Shown here piece by piece: positions 42,813 to 52,382 of a stretch of 64,000 nt of DNA (position 1 is its first letter; each line of letters opens with the position of its first letter). The stretch lies in the NCBI GenBank assembly GCA_965263035.1, contig OZ253580.1, forward strand, positions 2,176,001 through 2,240,000. The letters run 5' to 3'. Source of the DNA: Acidobacteriota bacterium. Lineage in GTDB: Bacteria; Acidobacteriota; UBA6911; RPQK01; JAJDTT01. The position numbers and the translations under genes are program-made. The notes under the pieces were generated by a model. It ran no database searches. It saw nothing but the letters and a program-made list of their open reading frames with translations, and was not told the origin of the DNA.

Positions 42813-45800
42813 TCACCAGGAACCGCGGGCCGGCCGTGGCGCCAGCCCCGGACCGCCGAGCATTGAGCCGGGGCCCATGAGACCGTTTCGATAGAGAGGA
42901 TTGTAGGAGCGGTCGCCGAGATCCATCTCGAGTTGCAGGCGGATGTTGGGCCCGAACTGTAGACGCCATCCCAGCAGATAGCTCTGGGCACCGGACCCGG
43001 CGCCCACCAGTGACATATCGGCATAGGGGGCCATCCGTAGCCGGCCGCCGAACGCCCGCATCCGGTAGTCCACTTCGGCAGTCAAGGGTGCGTCCATGCC
43101 AGCGTAGCCGTTCCGGTTCAAGCCCGCCGCCGACTGGGACCAGAATCGGTTCGTCCCGCTGGGCGCCGTCCCCAAGGAGGAGACCATCCGCACGGAGAGG
43201 CCCCGGCCCGCGGCCCCTGGGTCGTACTCGATCATCCCGCCGATGCCCCACTCCCGGTAGCCGTCGGCCTGGTGCGCCATCAGCCGACGCGCGTTCACGG
43301 AAACCGTCAGCCCCCGATCCGGGTTGAGATAGCTCAGACTTCCTCCCACCTCCAGGCCCATGCCGGTCTCCGCCGCTCCAGCGTCGCGCCGAATCCCGAA
43401 GTCCACCGCCCCCCCGACCAAGCCGCCCGCCCAGGCGTACCTGCAGTGACACGCCGCTTCCAGGAGGAGCCGCGTCCGGCTCGCATCCGCATCCGTGATC
43501 CGCGGACCGGCATTCGCATCCAGGTCCATCCCCACCCAGAACGTATCCGTCTTCAACGCCAGCTCGAGCCCGTTCTTGTCTTCCGGTTTCAGTAGCGACC
43601 CACGGGCCCCGACCGCTCCCATCGTCATCCCGATATCATGCCGGGCAGAGCCGGTTGCAGCGGACGCCCCCATCTGGCCGCGTCCGTATCCGAACAGACC
43701 CCAGGTGAACAATCCTTCGTCCAGGTCCACCCGAAGATAAGGATAGACACTGGTCAGAGATGCCGACAAATCCGAGTCCAGCGACTGGAGCCGCTGGTCC
43801 CTGCCCGCGAAGGCGTCCCCGTCCCCCTCACTGCGGGAGACTGCCAAGCCGACCAGCATCCGACGTCGTGTGTAATCGACGCCGGCCAGGCCGGTCAGCA
43901 CTCCGCCGTCCAGAGACAGATCCGTATTCCGGCCGGAAAACTGAGTCGTCACCCCCCGGCCCCAAGCCGCCCACGTCCCTCCCTGATCGTTTCCGGTCCG
44001 GCCACCGTCCCCCGACGTCAGGTGAAACGAGCTGGTGGACAGAAGATTGCGCCCACCCAGGCGCCGAGACCCGAATTGGGTGCCTTCCAAGGTCCCCCCA
44101 TAAAGACCGAGGGATTCACCGGCCCGGCCGGGCGAACCCGGCGCTCCCAGACCGCCGCCGGCCATGAGCGGTTGGTTTCCGAAGAGGAGTTCCGAATCAT
44201 CGCGGCGATCGCCCGCCTCGTTCTCGAACGCCAACCTCAACTGCCGTCCCCCGACCGTCACCTGAGGTGGCCGGTACGGCGATCCGGTCAGTCGTTCGCT
44301 GACCGCTTCCACGACCTGAGTCGCCACCGTCCGGCCGAACCGGGTGAGCCATGCCTTGAACACGATTCCTTCGTCGTCCTCGATCACTCCTGTCGCCGTA
44401 CCCTGGCCCAAGGTCCCGTTCACGGCGCGGCCCAGCGTCACCGTGAAGGTCTCCTCCTCTTCCAGTAGCATGTCGTCCAGGAGAACCACGCGAATATTCT
44501 CGACCGTCCGCCCCGGAGGGAAATTCACCATTCCAGTGGCCCCCCGGTAGTCCTCGTTTGTTCTCGCGGTCCCATCGGAAGTCGACCATTCCACCGTCAC
44601 CATGTGATCGCTGGGTCCAGCCAGCATGATCGGAAAGACGATCTCTCCCGCGATCTCCAGCGCCCGCGCGCTTTCGATCCCGATGGCGGGCGGGCGGTCG
44701 TTGTCCGTCACCGTGACCACGGCTTTGCCGGGATCCTGAATAACGTAATCCGCGCTCTCGACCAGAACCGCCTCCACCGTGCCGTCGGGTTCGTCCCGTT
44801 CATCGTCCACCGTCGCGATTCGCAGAACCGCCGCCGATTCTCCCGATCCGAAGCTCACCGTGCTGGGAGGCGTCTCCGCGAGAAATGCCCCTGTTGCATT
44901 CACGCGCACCGTCACACTCAGCGCACTCCTGAGATTGCCCGACCGCGTCAGATCGAACTGCACGTCCTCCCCCTCGTCCACCGAAGCGGAAGCCGCGGAA
45001 ATGCTCACCAACGGGAGGTCATCGTCCAGGATGAAGCCGGTCGCCTCGGCCCTCTCCACCGTCGCATCCCTCGGGTTGGACAGCTTCACCGTAAAGGTCT
45101 CGTTTGGTTCACCCATGCTGTCGTCCAGCACTGGCACCGTCGCCTCTTGGCGAGTCTTTCGGGCCGCGAACACCAACTCGCCCTTTCGTCGGGTATAGTC
45201 CTCGCCGGCCTTGGCCGTTCCGTCAGCCGTCTCCCAGTCGACCCGGACCGTGCGGCTGCTGGGGATGTCCATGGTCACGGCAAAGACGATCTCTCCATCC
45301 TCCTCCGTGACTTCCGCGTCCTCGATCGACAGCGCCGGAACGTCGTTTTCGAGAATCGTCACCACCACGTCGGGCGCCGTCACCCCAGCATAGTCTCCAC
45401 CGCTGACCGTGTGGGTCAGCGTTACGGGCGGGTCGTCCAACGCGTCCTCGTCTTCTGCCGCCATCACCGTCATCGGCTGTGCCGTCGACCAGTTCGATGG
45501 CGTGAACGCCAACGATGCCGGCGATACCATCACGTCTCCTGTGACGCCTCCCACCGTCACCGTTACCGGTCCGGTCGGCTCCGTGTTCAGCACCATCGTG
45601 TAGTTCTCGCGACTTCCCTCGGTGACAGACAGTTCCGTTGGGGTCACCGTCACTCCGGGGGTGTCGTCTTCGATGATGGTCACTTCCACGTCCGGCGCCG
45701 TCACCCCATCGTAGCCTCCGCCGCGTACCTCGTGCATCAGCGTTACCGGCGCGTCCGGTACTGCGTCGTCGTCTTCCGCCGCCGACACCATCACCGTCTG

Positions 45801-48800
45801 CGCCATCGACCAGCTCCATGCCGTGAATTTCAAAGTCACCGGCGACACACTCAGGTCTCCCGCCGCGCCTCTCACCGTCACCGTCACCGTGCCAGTCGGC
45901 ACCGACTCCAGTACCACGGTGTAGGCCTCGCTACGTCCCTCCACCACCTCCAGTGCCTCTGGCGTCACTTTCACGCCGGGAATGTCGTTTTCGAGGATGG
46001 TCACCTCCACGTCCGGCGCCGTCACCCCATCGTAGCCTCCGCCGGTCACCGTGTGGGTCAACGTCACCGGCGGATCCACGATCGAATCCTCGTCCTCCGC
46101 CGCCGACACTGTCACCGTCTGTCTGGAGGACCAGTTCGACGTGGTAAAACTCAGCCTCTCCGGAGACACCGTCAGGTCTCCTGCCGCGCCTCCCACCGTC
46201 ACCATCACCGTTCCGCCCGGCTCCGACTCCAGCACCACCGTATAGTTCCCGCTGCTCCCCTCCATGACCGCCAGCGCGAGCGGGGTGATCCTCACCCCGC
46301 GGTTGTCGTCTTCGATGGTCACCTCGGCGGTGACTTGAGTCCCAGGATTCACACCCGAGGGCAACGTCCCGAAGCCCAGAACGACTCTCTCGGTTCCCTC
46401 GTCCAGGTTGTCGTCCGCGGCCCGGAAAGTGAACATCGCCACCGTCTCGCCCGCGTCGAACCCGACGTTCTCCGGCACGCCGGAATAGTCGTCGTCCGTG
46501 GCTCCGCCTTCGTTCTTCGCCGTCAGAGGGATGGTCACCGGGTCGGCGGGCGCCAGACTCAGGCGCACCGTCACCTCCACCGTCTCCCCCTCCCACACAC
46601 GGTAGTTGCTGGCGTCGAAGGTCACCGACTGCGTTCTCGTGCCCGGCGGAGGGGGCGGAGGGGGCGGAGGGGGCGGGGGCGGCGGGGGCGGAGGCGGCGG
46701 GGACGTCGGTCTTCTGACGATGTCGGTGGGCAGGCTGGTTGCGCTCTCCGCAAAGCCGTCGTCGTCGGTGAAGCTCACCCGCACCTTCAGGCGGTTGCCT
46801 GCGTCGGCGCTCACCAATCGGTAGGTGGAACCATTTGCCCCGGGGATGTCTCTATCGACACCGTCGTCCACCCGGATCCACTGGTAGTAGTACTGGACGT
46901 TGGTCAGGCCGTCCAAGTCCTGGATATCCGTGGTGTGTGCCGTGAGCGTCCGTCCCACCAAGGTCGTGCCGGTGATGGTCGGCCGGCCTGTCGCCCGCCT
47001 ATTGCCTGGGGGCCGGTCGGTCTCGGCGATGGTCACCGTCACCGGGCCCACCGATACAGATAAGTATTCGCTGGCACTGTCGCTGGTCACCGAATGGGAC
47101 AGCGTTGCGGAATCCGTTACCGAGTCGGCATCCTTCACCGCGGTCACCTCCACGGTCTTCGGACTGGACCAGTCGGTGGGGGTGAAGGTATGACTGGCCG
47201 GACTCCTGGTGACTTTCCCCACGCCCGAAGTAACGTTTACCGACACCGTCACGTTTGCCGAGGGCGGTTTGTTCAATTTCAGCGTATAGCTGCGGGTCTG
47301 GTCTTCAGGGATCTGCAGCGCGGTCGGCGACACCGTCACGCCGGGCGTATCGTTCTCCACGATGGTCACCGCCACGTCCGGCACCATCACGTTGTCGTAA
47401 CCGCCGTCGCTGAACTCGTGGTTGATCGACACCTCCGGGTCCGGCGCCGCGTCGCTGTCCTCTACTGCGCGCACCCTCACCGTCTTGGGGTTGGACCAGT
47501 TCGTCTTCGTGAACGTGAACTTACGCGGGCTAATCCTCAGGTCCGGATTCGCCGGATCGGCCGTCAGGTCGACGGTCACCGTGTCTGTTGGCTGAAAGTG
47601 CAAAACGACCGTGTAGGAGTTGTTCCCACCTTCCGGGACGATCAATGTCTGGGTCGACACCGTGGCGTCCGCGGAGTCGTCGTCCGTGACCATGACCTCC
47701 AACGTATCTCCTTCCAAATTATTGTAGTCCGCGCCGCTGCCACGGTGTCGGAGGACCACCTTGTCGGGTTCCAGATCGTTGTCGTGGCCAGCCATCACCC
47801 TCACCGTCTGGGGAATGGACCAGTCGTCCTGCATGAAGGTGAGAGTGGTCGGCTCCACGGTCACGTCGGTTCCCGGTGGCACCAATACCGAGACCGTCAC
47901 CGGCTCCGCCGTCGGTTGGGTGTCCAGCTTCACCGTATAGGTGTTGTCGCCGCCTTCCAGCACCATCAGTTGCGGGACCGACACGGCAATGCCCGGGTCG
48001 TCGTTATCCTCGACCGTGACCCTCACACTGGCTACAGAAACGTCGGAATATTCTCCGTCGCTGGCCGCGTGCGTCAGCGTCCACGATCGGTTCGCCAGGT
48101 TCATATCGTCGTCGTCCGCGGTCACTGTGAACGTCTTCGGCATGTCCCAGTCCTGTGGCGTGAACTCATGGCTCGTCGGGTCCACGTCGATGTCCGCCTC
48201 CGAAGGTACGGTGACGGACACCGTCACGTTCGTCGACGGCTGCTTGTCCAGAACCACGGTGTAAGTGTTGCTTCCCCCCTCCCGCACTGTGAGGGACCGG
48301 CGCGACACGGTCACACCAGGGCTGTCATCCTCCTCGATGGTCACCGTCAGCTCCGCCGTCTCATCGACATATTCGGAACTGGAACTGCCGCTCGCGCGGT
48401 GCGTCACGGTCACCGGGGGGTCCTCCCCGGTGTCCGGGTCATGCTCGGCCTCCACTGTTACCGTCTTCCAGCTGTTCCAGTTCTGGGGCGTGAACATCAG
48501 GCTCGACGGATCCACATCCACGTCACCGTCATCTTCAATCGTTACCGTCACGTCCGCCACGGGCTCGGCATCCAACCTCACCCTGTAGGTTTTGCTGGCG
48601 CCTTCCCTGACTTTCAGTGAACTTGTCGACAGAGTGATGCCCGGGTCGTCGTTGTCCGTGATCGTCACCGACACGTTATCCACCGTTACGTCGCCATAAT
48701 CACCGTCGTTGAAGTCGTGCGTGAGCGTAATCCCGGTATCGTCCACCGAATCCGCGTCGTTCATCGCACGCACCGTCACCGTCTTTTCCACGTTCCAGTT

Positions 48801-49934
48801 CGACTTCGTGAACGTGACCGGGTTCGGACTCACTCGCACGTCCGAGCCGGTTGGATCCACCGCCACCGTAACCCTCACCGTCGCCGTTGGCTGCGTATCG
48901 AGGATCAGGGTGTAGGTTTCGCTCCCTTCTTCTGGCACGGTCAAGCTCTGCTTGGACACCCTCGCGCCCCGAGTGTCGTTGTCCGTGACCGTGACCTCCA
49001 GATCCTCCCGCACACCGCTGTAACCCCCGCCGCTTCCCGTGTGGCGGAGGACCACTTTGTCGTCCGCCGCGTCGTCGTCCTGGCCTGCCGTCACCGTCAC
49101 CGTCTGGGGATCGGACCAGTCGTCCGGCGTGAAGGTCAGCGGGAACTCCTTGTCCACAGTGAGGTCCGTCCCCGATAACCCGGATACGGAGACCCGCACC
49201 GTCCCCGACGGCTGCGTGTTCAGCTTCAGCGTATAGCTGCGGCTGTTCCCTTCCGGCACCGTGAGGTGCTGGGGCGACACCTTGATGCCCGGGACATCAT
49301 CGTCGGTGACTCCCACCGTCACGGGGGCCACACCGTGCAGGGAGGGTGGGCAATTGGTGTTCTCGTCCCACAGCTCGTGGGTGATTCTTACCGACTCACG
49401 CTCAGAATCGTCGTCTTGGATTGCGGATATCGTAACCCCTCGCCATCGCGTTGGATCCGAATCTTCCTTACCCGCCTCCCGATTGAACTGCCAGCCGACG
49501 GACGGAACCCAACGAATACCTTTTTCCTCGAGGCGGCCATCGATGTAGACCACCCCGTCGACGTGGATCCGTACCCACCATCCGTTGGCAAGTGGTTGTT
49601 TACTGAGCCTTATTTCGTAGCGGAGGCTGTTTCCCTCCGTGAGGTTCAACGTGGACGGCCTCACTTCCACCATTCCTTTCGGATCGCCCTCTCTGTCCAT
49701 TGCCCAATCGAAGATCGTGTCCTGGGCTTGGACCTGATGCATAGCGACGCCAAACAAAAGCGCCGACATCACGATGGTGTAAGCGACGAAACGCGGGGAT
49801 CCGAGGACCGGACTCTTTTTGAATCCCGGAACGGATCTGAAGCAGACGATTGAGGCAAACATCTTGGTCATCCGATCGGACAACCTTCCGTCACAGGCTC
49901 TCCTAGACAGGAGACCATAACCGCCTCCCGGCAC
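42813..49934 (-). CDS. Giant Calx-beta/cadherin-like repeat adhesin with C-terminal autotransporter-like barrel (start may be 49871 or later)
   Basis: About 11 tandem ~100-aa 'VSPxxLxVxEG..YTVxL' repeats, Calx-beta (TADGTAKAGEDY), Pro19 linker, AWLTRFGRTVA + beta-strand C-terminus. Confidence 0.85.
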   Translation of the reverse strand: MPGGGYGLLSRRACDGRLSDRMTKMFASIVCFRSVPGFKKSPVLGSPRFVAYTIVMSALLFGVAMHQVQAQDTIFDWAMDREGDPKGMVEVRPSTLNLTEGNSLRYEIRLSKQPLANGWWVRIHVDGVVYIDGRLEEKGIRWVPSVGWQFNREAGKEDSDPTRWRGVTISAIQDDDSERESVRITHELWDENTNCPPSLHGVAPVTVGVTDDDVPGIKVSPQHLTVPEGNSRSYTLKLNTQPSGTVRVSVSGLSGTDLTVDKEFPLTFTPDDWSDPQTVTVTAGQDDDAADDKVVLRHTGSGGGYSGVREDLEVTVTDNDTRGARVSKQSLTVPEEGSETYTLILDTQPTATVRVTVAVDPTGSDVRVSPNPVTFTKSNWNVEKTVTVRAMNDADSVDDTGITLTHDFNDGDYGDVTVDNVSVTITDNDDPGITLSTSSLKVREGASKTYRVRLDAEPVADVTVTIEDDGDVDVDPSSLMFTPQNWNSWKTVTVEAEHDPDTGEDPPVTVTHRASGSSSSEYVDETAELTVTIEEDDSPGVTVSRRSLTVREGGSNTYTVVLDKQPSTNVTVSVTVPSEADIDVDPTSHEFTPQDWDMPKTFTVTADDDDMNLANRSWTLTHAASDGEYSDVSVASVRVTVEDNDDPGIAVSVPQLMVLEGGDNTYTVKLDTQPTAEPVTVSVLVPPGTDVTVEPTTLTFMQDDWSIPQTVRVMAGHDNDLEPDKVVLRHRGSGADYNNLEGDTLEVMVTDDDSADATVSTQTLIVPEGGNNSYTVVLHFQPTDTVTVDLTADPANPDLRISPRKFTFTKTNWSNPKTVRVRAVEDSDAAPDPEVSINHEFSDGGYDNVMVPDVAVTIVENDTPGVTVSPTALQIPEDQTRSYTLKLNKPPSANVTVSVNVTSGVGKVTRSPASHTFTPTDWSSPKTVEVTAVKDADSVTDSATLSHSVTSDSASEYLSVSVGPVTVTIAETDRPPGNRRATGRPTITGTTLVGRTLTAHTTDIQDLDGLTNVQYYYQWIRVDDGVDRDIPGANGSTYRLVSADAGNRLKVRVSFTDDDGFAESATSLPTDIVRRPTSPPPPPPPPPPPPPPPPPPPGTRTQSVTFDASNYRVWEGETVEVTVRLSLAPADPVTIPLTAKNEGGATDDDYSGVPENVGFDAGETVAMFTFRAADDNLDEGTERVVLGFGTLPSGVNPGTQVTAEVTIEDDNRGVRITPLALAVMEGSSGNYTVVLESEPGGTVMVTVGGAAGDLTVSPERLSFTTSNWSSRQTVTVSAAEDEDSIVDPPVTLTHTVTGGGYDGVTAPDVEVTILENDIPGVKVTPEALEVVEGRSEAYTVVLESVPTGTVTVTVRGAAGDLSVSPVTLKFTAWSWSMAQTVMVSAAEDDDAVPDAPVTLMHEVRGGGYDGVTAPDVEVTIIEDDTPGVTVTPTELSVTEGSRENYTMVLNTEPTGPVTVTVGGVTGDVMVSPASLAFTPSNWSTAQPMTVMAAEDEDALDDPPVTLTHTVSGGDYAGVTAPDVVVTILENDVPALSIEDAEVTEEDGEIVFAVTMDIPSSRTVRVDWETADGTAKAGEDYTRRKGELVFAARKTRQEATVPVLDDSMGEPNETFTVKLSNPRDATVERAEATGFILDDDLPLVSISAASASVDEGEDVQFDLTRSGNLRSALSVTVRVNATGAFLAETPPSTVSFGSGESAAVLRIATVDDERDEPDGTVEAVLVESADYVIQDPGKAVVTVTDNDRPPAIGIESARALEIAGEIVFPIMLAGPSDHMVTVEWSTSDGTARTNEDYRGATGMVNFPPGRTVENIRVVLLDDMLLEEEETFTVTLGRAVNGTLGQGTATGVIEDDEGIVFKAWLTRFGRTVATQVVEAVSERLTGSPYRPPQVTVGGRQLRLAFENEAGDRRDDSELLFGNQPLMAGGGLGAPGSPGRAGESLGLYGGTLEGTQFGSRRLGGRNLLSTSSFHLTSGDGGRTGNDQGGTWAAWGRGVTTQFSGRNTDLSLDGGVLTGLAGVDYTRRRMLVGLAVSRSEGDGDAFAGRDQRLQSLDSDLSASLTSVYPYLRVDLDEGLFTWGLFGYGRGQMGASAATGSARHDIGMTMGAVGARGSLLKPEDKNGLELALKTDTFWVGMDLDANAGPRITDADASRTRLLLEAACHCRYAWAGGLVGGAVDFGIRRDAGAAETGMGLEVGGSLSYLNPDRGLTVSVNARRLMAHQADGYREWGIGGMIEYDPGAAGRGLSVRMVSSLGTAPSGTNRFWSQSAAGLNRNGYAGMDAPLTAEVDYRMRAFGGRLRMAPYADMSLVGAGSGAQSYLLGWRLQFGPNIRLQLEMDLGDRSYNPLYRNGLMGPGSMLGGPGLAPRPARGSW

Positions 49935-50004
49935 GCATTTGTCGATAGAACTCGGGAAACCGCGCCTGGGCTCGGCAGGTGGAACAAGCTGTCAGCATAG
50001 AGGC

Positions 50005-50038
50005 ACTATAACCAGTCAGAAACCAGTCAGACTGTCAG
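50005..50038 (-). promoter_or_regulatory. Adhesin promoter region with tandem operator-like repeats
   Basis: TATAGT -10 adjacent to ACCAGTCAGA x2 at 11-bp period, plus CTGTCAG. Confidence 0.55.
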
Positions 50039-50078
50039 GAAAACGGCCAATTAGAAGTCCAAGTCGATACCACAAAAC

Positions 50079-51509
50079 CTAGGGGCCAAACCGGAAGGCA
50101 TACAGGTGAGCATCCCGGATTCGGATCCGGAGGCGCACCGGTTTGCCGGAATGCCGGGAGACGTCCGCCCCCCCCTTCCATTTCACCGTGCCGTCGATCT
50201 TGTCGCCCACCAACGGAGGACAATCCTCCAGGCTCAGGCCTTCCAGGGGGTCACCGTCTTCGTCCTGCAACTCCACCTGGAGACTGCCGCCGCCGGACGT
50301 GCTGTAGTTGAGCTCCAAATTCCGTCCCCGGAAACGGATGGGCTTGGTCGTGAACTCACCGAAGCCGGAATAGGGCCCCTGGACCGAGACGAAGCCGTCG
50401 GTCCGGAGGGTGCAGCGGCGAATACGTGTCCTCTCCGAGCGGAGCAACTCCGCGTAGTACATGGAGATCTCGCCGGCCCCGGTAGGCACCACGCCGTGGC
50501 CCAGGATGGGATTGCGGTCCACCCAGTTGTCCCGGTCCAGGTCCGCAGAAAGGAAGGGCTGCCGGAACCGGCGGTCCCAGTGGATCCCGTCGCGGCTGGA
50601 GGCGAACTGGACGTCGGAGAGTCCGTCATGGGGCGCATCGTCGTGATGCCTCCGGCCGGGATAAAGAACCATGGGAAACATGAGGAAGGCCCGGGCCGCC
50701 CGAAAGTACTTGACGGCGGCGTTGGTGTAGAAGTGGAGGTCCTTCGGGTCCCGTTCGTCCGGCACGAGTACCAGTTCCGGTTCGGACCAGTGGAGAAAAT
50801 CGATCGATTCGGTCCGCCGGATAGCCCGGCGCCCCCCCTTGAAGGACCCTTCCACCGACGGGTCCACACCCCTCAGATAGATGACGAAGCGCCTTCTCTC
50901 GTCGTCCCAGACCAGGATGTTGTGGCTGTCGAAGGGGCCCTTCTCCGGTGGAAGAAGCGGATTGGTCCGAACCGGCTGCCAACGGATTCCATCCGCCGAA
51001 ATGAAACCCGAGATCCCGCCGACCCGGGAAATCATCTTGTAGCGGGACGAACTACCCGGCTGCTGGTTGGGATCCACGATGACGCTGACGTTGGTGAAGT
51101 CCTTGGGGTCGCCGATGATGTTGTTCCGCGTGGAGCCCTTGCGGGAATAGACGCCCAGGTTCCGGCGCTCCCAGGTGATGCCGTCCCGGCTCTCGGCGTA
51201 GCAGGTCCACACCGGGAACGGGGGCTCCTTCTCGGCGACCCGGTACCACATGCGGTAGAGGCCCCGGTCCCGGACCACGCTGCTGTAGTGCAGTTCCTTG
51301 CCCTCCCACGGTTCCACGCAGGTGAGGGAGACCTCTCGCGGTTGGGGACGATGGGGGGTCAAACGAATTCCCTCGCGGGAATCGAACCAGAACTCGTCCA
51401 GGAAGAGTTGGCGTTCGCTGCCCACGTCCAAGACCGGCTGACCCGGAAGGGGATGAAAGGTGGCAGCGATCAGCAGGACTAGCCAGATCGGCGCACCTGG
51501 ATGTCTCAT
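50079..51509 (-). CDS. Secreted beta-propeller glycosidase-like protein (GH32-like)
   Basis: RQLFLD, YRMWY, YAESRDGITW, FDS, LRTDGF, GKPVRLRI..LYAF. Confidence 0.72.
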   Translation of the reverse strand: MRHPGAPIWLVLLIAATFHPLPGQPVLDVGSERQLFLDEFWFDSREGIRLTPHRPQPREVSLTCVEPWEGKELHYSSVVRDRGLYRMWYRVAEKEPPFPVWTCYAESRDGITWERRNLGVYSRKGSTRNNIIGDPKDFTNVSVIVDPNQQPGSSSRYKMISRVGGISGFISADGIRWQPVRTNPLLPPEKGPFDSHNILVWDDERRRFVIYLRGVDPSVEGSFKGGRRAIRRTESIDFLHWSEPELVLVPDERDPKDLHFYTNAAVKYFRAARAFLMFPMVLYPGRRHHDDAPHDGLSDVQFASSRDGIHWDRRFRQPFLSADLDRDNWVDRNPILGHGVVPTGAGEISMYYAELLRSERTRIRRCTLRTDGFVSVQGPYSGFGEFTTKPIRFRGRNLELNYSTSGGGSLQVELQDEDGDPLEGLSLEDCPPLVGDKIDGTVKWKGGADVSRHSGKPVRLRIRIRDAHLYAFRFGP

Positions 51510-51528
51510 AGGTCTCTCTGTTTCGGAG

Positions 51529-52290
51529 TCAGTCCCCCGTCAGAACGCCTCCGGAGAAGAGCTTCCCGCGTCCTTCCAGACAGGGCTCGATCCCCATCAG
51601 CTGCAATGCGTGCCAGGAGGTGACTTGATTCGCCGTGAGGACCGGCTTCCCCAGAGCGGACTCCATCTCCTCCAGGTGCAGAGCCAGCTTCTGACCGGTG
51701 CAACCGACGAAGACGGCGTCCGACTCCTCGACATTGGAAGATTCGGCCAATTGCCGGATGCGCTCGGGCGGGACGATGGAGTGGTCTTTTCCCAGGTTGA
51801 GGGCCAGGCTGTTCAACACCCGGACGCCATGGTCCTGGATGAACTTGATGAAACGGGACTCCACATCGGGCATGTAGGGGCTGGCCAAGGTGACGCTGGA
51901 GATCCCCAGGGCCTTGAAGGCCCGGATCATGGCGCTGCTGGTGGTGGTTGCCGGCTTGCCGGTCATCCGGGTGATCCGATCCGAAATGTCCAAGTCTCCC
52001 CCCACGCCCCGAACGAAGCTGACGGTGGTGCAGTAGTAGGCGTAGCAGTCGGGTTCGTACTTGGAGAGCCTTCGGGCCGATTCCTCGATGTCGCCGTTCT
52101 CGGCCAACTCGATCCCGGCGGGCAGGTGGGCGCCCACGTCCCGGATGGGCGTGGCGCTGGACATGAGGCGAACCCCCGGCGGCATGAAATGCCTGAACTC
52201 GTCCACCACCGCGTCGGCCTCCGCGTCCACCCAGGCGTCATCGGGGTACACAGCCCCGAGCAGCGGCCCACGGCCTTCGGAATCAGTCAT
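51529..52290 (-). CDS. Maleate cis-trans isomerase / Asp-Glu racemase family protein
   Basis: YYCTT and VGCTG catalytic Cys pair, SPY, GKPVLTANQ. Confidence 0.85.
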   Translation of the reverse strand: MTDSEGRGPLLGAVYPDDAWVDAEADAVVDEFRHFMPPGVRLMSSATPIRDVGAHLPAGIELAENGDIEESARRLSKYEPDCYAYYCTTVSFVRGVGGDLDISDRITRMTGKPATTTSSAMIRAFKALGISSVTLASPYMPDVESRFIKFIQDHGVRVLNSLALNLGKDHSIVPPERIRQLAESSNVEESDAVFVGCTGQKLALHLEEMESALGKPVLTANQVTSWHALQLMGIEPCLEGRGKLFSGGVLTGD

Positions 52291-52382
52291 GTCCCAGCCT
52301 CCTCCGATCTGGAGCGAATCTTAACAGCAGGGGGTGATAGTCCCCACGCATTGTCAATGCCGGATCAAGACAAAATGAAGGA

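Noticed and set aside
46606-46824. Poly-glycine small protein
   Set aside because: Antisense of the adhesin polyproline tract
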